A model generated the notes under the pieces. The model worked only from the letters and a program-made list of their open reading frames with translations. It was not told the DNA's origin and searched no databases. The position numbers were made by a program, and so were the translations under genes. From a bacterium (GTDB lineage: Bacteria > UBA10199 > 2-02-FULL-44-16 > JAAZCA01), in NCBI GenBank assembly GCA_963674695.2, contig CAXXGI010000001.1, forward strand, positions 192,001 to 256,000: DNA of 64,000 nucleotides, written 5' to 3'. Positions 1 to 7,410 of the stretch are shown one piece after another. Every line of letters starts with the position of its first letter. Position 1 is the stretch's first letter.

Positions 1-938
1 ACGACATGACCGCCTTTCTGGATGCGGGCGGCATTCCCCACGAGGAACGCGGCGGCGGCGAACTCTTCTGCACCTGTGCGGCCGCACGATTGGTCGATTG
101 GCTCGTCGAAGCGTGTCGAACGGCGGGCGTGCAGATCCGCACCGAATGCGACATCCGCAGCGTCCAAAGGGATGCGCATTTTTCCATCAGCACCAATGAC
201 GGTACGATCGCATCGGAAGCACTGGTCATCGCGACAGGGGGGTTGAGCTATCCGGAACTCGGCGCGGGCGATTTCGGCCATCGCCTGGCCAAACAGTTCG
301 GCCTGCGCGTCACTCCCTGCCGCCCGGCGCTCGTCCCGCTGCGCTTGGGTGCATCGGACGCCCGTCGGTTCGGCGATTTGAGCGGCGTCTCGCTCGAGGC
401 GCGCGTGACCTGCGGGAAACGAACCCTCTCCGGCGGCCTGCTCTTCACCCACCATGGGCTCTCCGGCCCGGCGATCCTCAAGGCATCGCTGATCTGGGAG
501 AACGGGAAACCCATTCACATCGACCTGCTACCAAAGACCGATATCCTCGCGTCCCTGAAAGCAGCCCACGCCGACGGTCGCCGCGTGGAACTCAAGAACT
601 TCCTCGCGGGAATGCTGCCCCGACGACTGGCAGAGGCGTGGTGCACAGCATATGCCCCATCCAAGCCCCTCATCGACTATTCCCTCCCCCAGATCAAAGC
701 CATCGCCGACCAGCTGCACTGCTGGGAAGTCACCCCCGCACGCACCGAGGGATGGCAGCGAGCCGAAGTGACGCTGGGCGGTGTGGACACAAAGGCGATC
801 TCGTCGAAGACGATGGAGGCACGCGACGTCCCCAACCTCTTCTTCATCGGCGAAGTCCTCGACGTGACGGGGATGCTTGGCGGATACAACCTGCACTGGG
901 CCTGGGCCTCAGGCACCGCCGCGGGCACAGCGGTGTAA
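1..938 (+). CDS. HI0933/YhiN(BaiN)-family NAD(P)/FAD-dependent oxidoreductase, 5' end outside window
   Basis: Motifs LVIATGGLSYPELG, LLFTHHGLSGPAIL, AEVTLGGV and GEVLDVTGMLGGYNLHWAWASG. The N-terminal GxGxxG is missing, so the gene is truncated by the window edge. Confidence 0.92.
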   Translation, partial: DMTAFLDAGGIPHEERGGGELFCTCAAARLVDWLVEACRTAGVQIRTECDIRSVQRDAHFSISTNDGTIASEALVIATGGLSYPELGAGDFGHRLAKQFGLRVTPCRPALVPLRLGASDARRFGDLSGVSLEARVTCGKRTLSGGLLFTHHGLSGPAILKASLIWENGKPIHIDLLPKTDILASLKAAHADGRRVELKNFLAGMLPRRLAEAWCTAYAPSKPLIDYSLPQIKAIADQLHCWEVTPARTEGWQRAEVTLGGVDTKAISSKTMEARDVPNLFFIGEVLDVTGMLGGYNLHWAWASGTAAGTAV

Positions 939-951
939 ACAGCTCTCTTGT

Positions 952-1100
952 GAGCATTTTCCCGGAAGGACCTGTTCGGGGATCTCTTCTTTCATCGCTA
1001 TCCAAGCCTCTGATCATTGCGATGAAAGAAGAAAAAGCCGTCGAAGTGGCGTCTGAACGGAGACGGCGGTCCCCGAACAGGTCCTTCCGGGAAAATGCTC
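952..1100. repeat. 149-bp foldback element with perfect 31-bp terminal inverted repeats (MITE- or ncRNA-like)
   Basis: gagcattttcccggaaggacctgttcgggga (952-982) is the exact reverse complement of 1070-1100. There are two internal hairpins. Confidence 0.8.
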
Positions 1101-1234
1101 GCGCCGTAGCTTGCGCTCTTTGCTTGACCCTGTGCACGCGAAGGCGTACAAAGGCGTTCGTCGTTCGTTTCCGGAAAGGATAGCGGCCTCCCGGAAAACG
1201 CCGCCCGATCCGCTTTTCACGAAGGAGACCCACC

Positions 1235-1693
1235 ATGGCCGTCAAGAAGACCACCACGAAAAAGGTTTCGCCGAAGAAGGCCACATCCAGCAAGACGACA
1301 ATCGCCAGCGAACTGATCATCGTCACGACCAACAAACTCGGTGCCTTCGCCCGTCTCTCCGAACCGCTCACGAAGAAGAAGATCAACATCGAGTGCTACA
1401 CCGGCTATGAGTGGGGAGGCGAATCGGCCTTCCGCCTGATCACCGACAACAACGTGAAGGCCGCAAAGGTCCTGCGCGCTGAGGGGTATTTCGTCGAAGA
1501 GAACCCCGTCTGTCTCTGGCAGACAGCCAACACACCGGGAAAGGTGGCGAAGGCAACGGTGGCGCTCGAGAACGCCAACATCAACACCTACTGCACCTAC
1601 ACGGCGGCCTATCCGACCGTGAAAAACGGCACGATCGCGTTCAACACGAGCGACGTCATGCGTACGGCGGAAATCCTCAACAACGTGAAGTAA
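1235..1693 (+). CDS. Tandem ACT-domain protein with Lys/Thr-rich N-terminal tail
   Basis: Two ACT-like repeats (NKLGAFARLSEPLTKKKINI; NTPGKVAKATVALENANINT). RBS aaggag. Confidence 0.8.
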   Translation: MAVKKTTTKKVSPKKATSSKTTIASELIIVTTNKLGAFARLSEPLTKKKINIECYTGYEWGGESAFRLITDNNVKAAKVLRAEGYFVEENPVCLWQTANTPGKVAKATVALENANINTYCTYTAAYPTVKNGTIAFNTSDVMRTAEILNNVK

Positions 1694-1714
1694 ACGAAGG
1701 AAACATTCGAATGC

Positions 1715-1745
1715 AAAAAAGGCCGCCTCGCGCGGCCTTTTTTTT
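1715..1745. terminator. Bidirectional intrinsic terminator
   Basis: aaaaaa-ggccgc-ctcgc-gcggcc-tttttttt between convergent genes. Confidence 0.85.
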
Positions 1746-1816
1746 GAGCAACTTCGCACCGTTCATACACTCTTCCATCCCAACACATCATCCGACTGTA
1801 CGCAGTTTGGATACAG

Positions 1817-2359
1817 TTAACACTCGCTTTGTTGTACTAAAGTGCCTTCTCCTGGAATTGAAATAAACTTCATTGCGTCGGCATTGACATCAAGCCTCTC
1901 ATTGTGGATGGAAATCACCTGAGCTCGCTGAATCATGTTTTCTAGTGATGAGATAATAGAATGCAACCGTTCGCACATCATCACCTTGAACGCCATCCGG
2001 ATAAGCCTATCGTTCGACTCGTCTTTATTTGCGTCCCCTTCATCATTTTCCCACCGCGACATCGTTACAGGAGAGACGCCAATCATCTCCGCAAATGCCT
2101 TACTGGTCATTCCAACTTCTTGTCGCATGAATCGAATTTCCGGACCAGTGAGCCGTTTTTTCAGACATGACAGAACGATCGCGAGGACTATATGGAGCTG
2201 CACCGGTTCGGGGATATCAACAAAACTGGCACCACACTTGGAACAGGTAAACTCAAAAACGCCATCAAGATAGACATTTCTCAACCCACTTTCAGTGTAG
2301 TGATAACTGATTTCCTTTTTCTTCATGACCTTCCCACACTCATAACATTTGGTATTCAT
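1817..2359 (-). CDS. MqsA-like antitoxin (zinc ribbon + XRE HTH)
   Basis: CYEC...CSKCG zinc finger, then LTGPEIRFMRQEVGMTSKAFAEMIGVSPVTMSRWE HTH. RBS GGAGGTG precedes the ATG at 2359. Confidence 0.85.
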   Translation of the reverse strand: MNTKCYECGKVMKKKEISYHYTESGLRNVYLDGVFEFTCSKCGASFVDIPEPVQLHIVLAIVLSCLKKRLTGPEIRFMRQEVGMTSKAFAEMIGVSPVTMSRWENDEGDANKDESNDRLIRMAFKVMMCERLHSIISSLENMIQRAQVISIHNERLDVNADAMKFISIPGEGTLVQQSEC

Positions 2360-2395
2360 AAAACACCTCCCATTCCCCACCCGACAAAAAAATCT

Positions 2396-2689
2396 TTATT
2401 TGCGCACGGCTGACTTTACGATAATTCTGCGTGCATCCTCATCTACGACAATAGGAACTTCAAGGGTTCTGCCATCATCGAGTTTCGTGCGCATGACACA
2501 TTCAAAACCCTTGACGTTTGCTGCCTGCATTGGCTCTCCTGTCATCAGCCCCCCACTCAGCGCTCGCATAATGTGTGGAGCCGTGAATTTACGTTCAGCC
2601 ATGCGTTCACGTGCATGCTTTGTATACGCCAAAGAACCTCTTCGCAGGAGTAACATTCGCAGTATGTGCTGGGCTTGAATCCGATCCAT
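2396..2689 (-). CDS. DUF4258-like (RelE-fold) putative toxin
   Basis: YTKHARERMAERKF motif, 97 aa, directly upstream of the MqsA-like gene. Confidence 0.75.
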   Translation of the reverse strand: MDRIQAQHILRMLLLRRGSLAYTKHARERMAERKFTAPHIMRALSGGLMTGEPMQAANVKGFECVMRTKLDDGRTLEVPIVVDEDARRIIVKSAVRK

Positions 2690-2724
2690 TTGCTTGATCT
2701 CCTCTTTTCGCCGACACCACCCTG

Positions 2725-2755
2725 TTAACGTGGCGTTAATGCGGAGTCAAGCAGA
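2725..2755 (-). promoter_or_regulatory. Putative TA promoter with palindromic operator
   Basis: Minus-strand TTGACT followed by the palindrome TTAACG-cca-CGTTAA. Confidence 0.45.
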
Positions 2756-2784
2756 ATCTGGACGGCCCTCTCTCCTATTGTATG

Positions 2785-2812
2785 TTATCGGCCGAGTAAA
2801 GGGAAGAGTTGC
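2785..2812 (-). promoter_or_regulatory. Sigma28-like promoter motif
   Basis: GCAAC-N15-GCCGATAA on the minus strand, upstream of the TA pair. Confidence 0.6.
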
Positions 2813-3016
2813 TTATTATTTACCTCAAGCTAATATTAACTTGAGGATAATTCTAAGGCGAGACGCTACAACCAACTGAACTCATTGAGTTTTTTGGTTC
2901 TAATGAACAACCTTCGCCTCGACCGCCACTTGGCTGCTTATGGGGATTTTGACATACAAAAAAATGGCTCGCGCCTCTTTTCTAAGCCCCACAACTATCT
3001 GATTATTATAGTATTT

Positions 3017-3037
3017 TTGAGCGGGTGATGGGAATCG
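3017..3037 (-). other. Duplicated 3' end of tRNA-Gly (att-like site)
   Basis: ttgagcgggtgatgggaatcg matches 3585-3605 (ttgagcgggtgaagggaatcg) at 20 of 21 positions. Confidence 0.85.
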
Positions 3038-3136
3038 CCGGCTCGCGCTCACACTCCGCCGACTCGCGGTACCCACTCATCGACACTTCAGCAGTATAAA
3101 GTTCGCCTATTCGGCGAACGACTTATTCGAAGGTCG

Positions 3137-3500
3137 CGGCACTTCATCTATCGGATGCCCACCTTCGGTGGACCCAAACCGCTGAAGGTCGGCCGGCTCG
3201 CGCACACACTCCCCGGCACTTCATCTATCGGATGCCCACCTTCGGTGGACCCAAACCGCTGAAGGTCGGCCGGCTCGCGCTCACACTCGCCGGCACTTCA
3301 TCTATCAGATGCCCACCTTCGGTGTGCCCAAACCGCTGAAGGTCGGCCGGCTCGCGCACACACTCCCCGGCACTTCATCTATCGGATGCCCACCTTTGGT
3401 GGGCCCAAACCGCTGAAGGTCGGCCGGCTCGCGCACACACTCCCCGGCACTTCATCTATCGGATGCCCACCTTTGGTGGGCCCAAACCGCTGAAGGTCGG
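3137..3500. repeat. Tandem array of 77-bp hairpin-forming units (about 4.7 copies)
   Basis: Units start at 3137, 3214, 3291, 3368 and 3445 (cggcacttcatctatcggatgcccaccttcggtgg...gaaggtcggccggctcgcgcacacactccc). Confidence 0.95.
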
Positions 3501-3543
3501 AACAAGCGGCCCTTTGGGCCGCGGTTCTATTCCATCCAAACCA

Positions 3544-3588
3544 TCAATGAGAAAGGGGTCCCAAAAAACGGGACCCCTTTCTCATTGA
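3544..3588. terminator. 19-bp-stem hairpin directly downstream of the tRNA
   Basis: tcaatgagaaaggggtccc-aaaaaac-gggacccctttctcattga. Confidence 0.7.
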
Positions 3589-3658
3589 GCGGGTGAAGGG
3601 AATCGAACCCTCATAACGAGCTTGGGAAGCTCGTGTTCTACCACTGAACTACACCCGC
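3588..3658 (-). tRNA. tRNA-Gly (anticodon CCC), CCA not encoded
   Basis: Reverse complement GCGGGTGTAGTTCAGTGGTAGAACACGAGCTTCCCAAGCTCGTTATGAGGGTTCGATTCCCTTCACCCGCT folds as a cloverleaf with discriminator U. Confidence 0.97.
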
Positions 3659-3662
3659 TGAT

Positions 3663-3817
3663 TAAAACCTATCAGGAAATGACGACTCCACTGGTTTTTG
3701 TCATTCCCGCGAAGGCGGGAATCTCGATTTTTAAGTACTTCGAGATTCCCGCTGGAGCCTGCCCTCGAATGATTGAATCGGGGGCGGGAATGACAGCAAA
3801 AACCATTTTCCCGTCAC
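3663..3817. mobile_element. Degenerate MITE family 2 copy carrying a REP doublet
   Basis: Shares ggaaatgacga.tccactggtttttgtcattcccgc...aagtacttcgagattcccgc with 33252-33381 in inverted orientation. The ends are eroded. Confidence 0.65.
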
Positions 3818-3893
3818 CCGCTGATTCCGGCGCAGTACTTGCCAGAAAATCCGCCCCATTGTCAACCTTGTGCTGCACAACCGCCAGGGCTTC

Positions 3894-5660
3894 TCACGGC
3901 TGGGCGAACAGGCGCTTCGGGATGTCGGAATCGACGTAGTAGCGCTTCCAGGCGGCGACCGATAGGGGCTTGCCCGTCGACTGTTTGAGGAACGCATCCC
4001 ACGGATAGCGCTCGCCCTGCGCGAGAAAATCGGTCATGAGCCAATCGCCCAGTGTCTTCTGATCGAAATAGGACAACCCCTGCGGCTTTGATGCCCCGAT
4101 GCGTTTGGCAAAGAGTTCGGCGAACTGCACGTTGGCCACCTGGCCGATCGCATAGTTGGCATAGTAGAGCGGCGGCACGTTGGGGATATGATATTTCGCC
4201 AGGGCATCCGGGTTCTCCCAGCCTTCGGGGCGCGCGAGGAGCTGATGCGTCTCCTTGCACTGCCACCAGAGGTCGCCGATATCCTGGTCGGGGTTCTCAT
4301 AAAAGTTCTTCTCGAAACAGAAGATCGTGGAGGCCCAGCGCAGGAAGATGAGTTGATCGACATATTCGATCATCTCGACCCCTTCGGCCGCCGCGCGCGC
4401 TGTTTCGGCATCGACCCCCAAACGTGCAAACCAATCGGCGGTCTTGGTCTGCCGCTCCATGAGCATGGCAAACGCCTCGGTGAGCATCGTCGGGTCGCGC
4501 AGCAGATACGGCAGCTGGGCATTACCGATGACCGCTTCATAGTTGATGTCGTGGCCGAGCTCGTGGGCAAGCGTGGCGGCGTTGTCGGCCGTGGGGTTCT
4601 GCGGCGAACGCGGCAAATTCATCAAGAGGACCGAAGAATTCGGCTTGTTCGGATCGAGATATTCCGCAAAGGCATGCGGGTTCTTTCCCGGCTTTGGAAA
4701 GAGGCTCGATCGCTCGATGATGGGGCGCACGTCCACCCCCATGCTGCCATAGAGCTTCTCGGTCAGACCGATCACATCGCTTGCATCCTTCGTGTCATAG
4801 AAGGCATCCAGGTCGACCTGGCCGAAGATGGCGTTCGGAGCGACCTGAAAGAAGGCGTTCTGATAGTGCCAGGGTTTGAGCTCCGAAACGCCAATTCCAT
4901 ATCGCTTGGCCAGACGCGGATCGATGTATTCCCCTTTGAGTTTTTTGAACGGCTTTTCGGTTGCACGCTTTACGTCGCGATAGAAGCGCTCGAGCACCTT
5001 CATGTCCATCTGCTGCGTGACCGCAGCAAGCTCCAACGCATTGGCATATCCGAGATCACGCGCGATCTCGTTGCGCAGCGCGACGAGTTCGCGGAAATCT
5101 TTTTCGAGTATACCCCCCGACGCCTTCTGCGCCTTCCAGTTTTTCTCGAGCTCCGCGCTGTCGGTCGATTTTGCCAACACCTGCGACACATCGACGGTGG
5201 AGACCTTCTTGCCATCGATCATCGGCTGATAGTCGTTGGTCGTCTCGCCAAGTCGTTTTTCCAGTTCCACGAGTCGCTTGAGCTTGTCCGGAGCGATCTG
5301 ATTCGGAAGGTGACGCAGATAGAGCAGCTCGACCTGTCGGCGCAGGATGTCGTTCTGAAACTTCTTGCGATGCCGATAGAGCTCTTTGAGCTTCGCAAAG
5401 CGGTCGGCATCGCTATCGAGCGTGCGCATCTTGAGATCGAGCTCAGCCGCACGATCGGAATATTTCTTATCCCCCGTCGTATTGTAGACCCACCACGCCT
5501 TGCGCGCCCCGACATCGAGCGGCTCGAATTCCGCCACATATTCCTGAATGATCTGTTGGGCTTGATTCTCCATCTGCGCCACATCCTTTCCCTTCGCGTT
5601 TACGCTGCCCCCCCCCGCACCTATTCCTACCATCACCAACAGCATGATCCATTTTCGCAT
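3894..5660 (-). CDS. Secreted M2/M3-type zinc metallopeptidase (peptidyl-dipeptidase A-like)
   Basis: Signal peptide MRKWIMLLVMVGIG, HELGH zinc motif, TEAFA third ligand, PWHYQNAFFQ and AKYHI...YYANY. Confidence 0.85.
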   Translation of the reverse strand: MRKWIMLLVMVGIGAGGGSVNAKGKDVAQMENQAQQIIQEYVAEFEPLDVGARKAWWVYNTTGDKKYSDRAAELDLKMRTLDSDADRFAKLKELYRHRKKFQNDILRRQVELLYLRHLPNQIAPDKLKRLVELEKRLGETTNDYQPMIDGKKVSTVDVSQVLAKSTDSAELEKNWKAQKASGGILEKDFRELVALRNEIARDLGYANALELAAVTQQMDMKVLERFYRDVKRATEKPFKKLKGEYIDPRLAKRYGIGVSELKPWHYQNAFFQVAPNAIFGQVDLDAFYDTKDASDVIGLTEKLYGSMGVDVRPIIERSSLFPKPGKNPHAFAEYLDPNKPNSSVLLMNLPRSPQNPTADNAATLAHELGHDINYEAVIGNAQLPYLLRDPTMLTEAFAMLMERQTKTADWFARLGVDAETARAAAEGVEMIEYVDQLIFLRWASTIFCFEKNFYENPDQDIGDLWWQCKETHQLLARPEGWENPDALAKYHIPNVPPLYYANYAIGQVANVQFAELFAKRIGASKPQGLSYFDQKTLGDWLMTDFLAQGERYPWDAFLKQSTGKPLSVAAWKRYYVDSDIPKRLFAQP

Positions 5661-5673
5661 GACGCCTCCGGTA

Positions 5674-7116
5674 TCAGTCGTTTGAATCCTCATCCTCCAA
5701 ACCCGCTTCGACGACTTCGCTGATGTCGTCTATGGGGGCGCGCTCGATCGGTGTGTCGGCCTCCAGCACATCCGGCGGCTGCGTCGTGTATTGACGCAGG
5801 GCCTTGGCGACCATGCCGGAGAGCAGCCACAGGGCCAACAAGTTCGGGAAGGCCATCAAGAGATTGGCTGCATCCGCATAGGCCCAAACCGTGGAGATCC
5901 AAGCTGCGGTCGACCCCGCCACCGCCCCCACGAAGAGGATGATGCAGTAGACAAGGCGGAAGGGGATGATGACGCGCGGACCGGCCAGATATTCTGCTGC
6001 GCGATCGCCGTAATAGCTCCAGGAGATGGCCGTCGAGTAGGCAAAGAAGACGATGCCGAAGGTGACGATATACTGCCCGCCGGGAAGGCCCGCTTCGAAG
6101 GCCGCAGACGTGAGCGGCGCGTCGCGCAGACCCGTCTCCCAAAGCCCGCTGGTGATGATGACGAGCGCGGTCATCGTACAGATGACGATCGTGTCGGTGA
6201 AGGGTTCGAGGAGGGCCACCAAGCCCTCGCGCACAGGGATCTTGGTCTTGGCCGCGGCGTGAATGATGGGCGCTGAGCCCAACCCCGCTTCATTGGAGAA
6301 GAGACCGCGCTGCACACCGGCGCGCATGGCGATCATGACCGTCGCACCGATGAAGCCGCCGGTGGCTGCGGTGGCGGAGAAGGCGCGCTCAAAGATAAGG
6401 GCAAATCCCGGAAGGATCGCGCCGGCGTTCAGGCCGAGGATGATGAGGGCGCCGCCGACATAGAAGGCAGCCATCACCGGGACGATCACGGCAGCGACTT
6501 TCCCGATGCGCTTCATCCCGCCAATGATAACGAGCCCCGTCATGATGGCGAGTACGATGCCGCTGGCGATCGGCGGGATGGCGAAGTTCACTTTCAGCAC
6601 CTGCGCCACCTGGTTGGCCTGCACCATGTTGCCGATGCCGAAGCAGGCGAAGACCGTGAAGAGCGCAAAGGCCACGGCCAGGGGTTTGAAGCGATGGCCC
6701 AGCCCCTTTTCGATGTAGTACATCGGCCCGCCCGAAACGGTGCCGTCGCGATGCACCGTGCGATAATGTTGTGAGAGCGTGCACTCGGTGAACTTGATCG
6801 CCATGCCGAGGAAAGCGGTCACCCACATCCAGAAGACGGCACCCGGCCCGCCGATGGCGATGGCGCTGGCCACGCCGGCGATATTGCCCACGCCTACGGT
6901 CGCGGAGAGCGCGCCGCACAGGGCCTTGAAGTGCGTGACATCCCCCGGGTGGTTCGGATCATTATACTTGCCCGCCGTGATCCGAATGCCCTCGACGAAT
7001 CCGCGCAGCTGGACGAAGCGCATGCGAACGGTCAGAAAAATGCCCGTACCCAAAAGGACGACGATGAGTACGGGACCGGTGATCAGTTCCAGGACGCGAT
7101 CGATATGTTCGAGCAT
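5674..7116 (-). CDS. Alanine/glycine:cation symporter (AGCS family)
   Basis: ALSATVGVGNIAGVA, GGPGAVFWMW, GGPMYY, RGLFSNEAGLGSAP and FTDTIVICTMTA motifs. Confidence 0.95.
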   Translation of the reverse strand: MLEHIDRVLELITGPVLIVVLLGTGIFLTVRMRFVQLRGFVEGIRITAGKYNDPNHPGDVTHFKALCGALSATVGVGNIAGVASAIAIGGPGAVFWMWVTAFLGMAIKFTECTLSQHYRTVHRDGTVSGGPMYYIEKGLGHRFKPLAVAFALFTVFACFGIGNMVQANQVAQVLKVNFAIPPIASGIVLAIMTGLVIIGGMKRIGKVAAVIVPVMAAFYVGGALIILGLNAGAILPGFALIFERAFSATAATGGFIGATVMIAMRAGVQRGLFSNEAGLGSAPIIHAAAKTKIPVREGLVALLEPFTDTIVICTMTALVIITSGLWETGLRDAPLTSAAFEAGLPGGQYIVTFGIVFFAYSTAISWSYYGDRAAEYLAGPRVIIPFRLVYCIILFVGAVAGSTAAWISTVWAYADAANLLMAFPNLLALWLLSGMVAKALRQYTTQPPDVLEADTPIERAPIDDISEVVEAGLEDEDSND

Positions 7117-7198
7117 GCAGCCCCCTCTCCTGCGAGATATCATCAACTCCTATCGCAATGAAATGAGCGATGCAAATGGAGATCTCCCCTGTCAAAGG

Positions 7199-7340
7199 TG
7201 TCATTCCCGCCCCCGATTCAATCATTCGGGGGTAAACTCCAGCGGGAATCTCGATGGTCACGAAACATCGAGATCCCCGCCTCCGCGGGGATGACAAAAG
7301 ACACTTGGGGATGACAAAAGACACTTGGGGACGACAAAAG
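7199..7340. repeat. REP-like palindromic doublet plus 20-bp tandem tail
   Basis: tgtcattcccgc...gcgggaatctc...gagatccccgc...gcggggatgaca, followed by repeated ggggatgacaaaagacactt. Confidence 0.85.
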
Positions 7341-7410
7341 CAGGGAATGATTAAAGGAAAGACGGCCATCCGAGAGAATGGCCGTCAAAAAATCCACGCT
7401 TGCGTATCCG

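Noticed and set aside
3017-3100. Second tRNA gene
   Set aside because: Only the 3' 21 nt are present, with no D-arm or anticodon arm.
3137-3500. CRISPR array
   Set aside because: The whole 77-bp unit repeats with only point changes. There are no unique spacers and no cas genes in the window.
1760-3660. Intact prophage or integrative element
   Set aside because: No integrase, phage or conjugation genes are recognisable.
3622-3939. Short ORFs over REP elements (also near 7.2, 10.5-11.1, 16.6, 21.5 and 61.5 kb)
   Set aside because: They are translations of palindromic repeats (VIPAKAGI, DPRFRGDD), not genes.
7117-7200. Glycine riboswitch upstream of the AGCS symporter
   Set aside because: The region is too short and lacks the aptamer motifs. 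The GGAGAG present is explained as the RBS.
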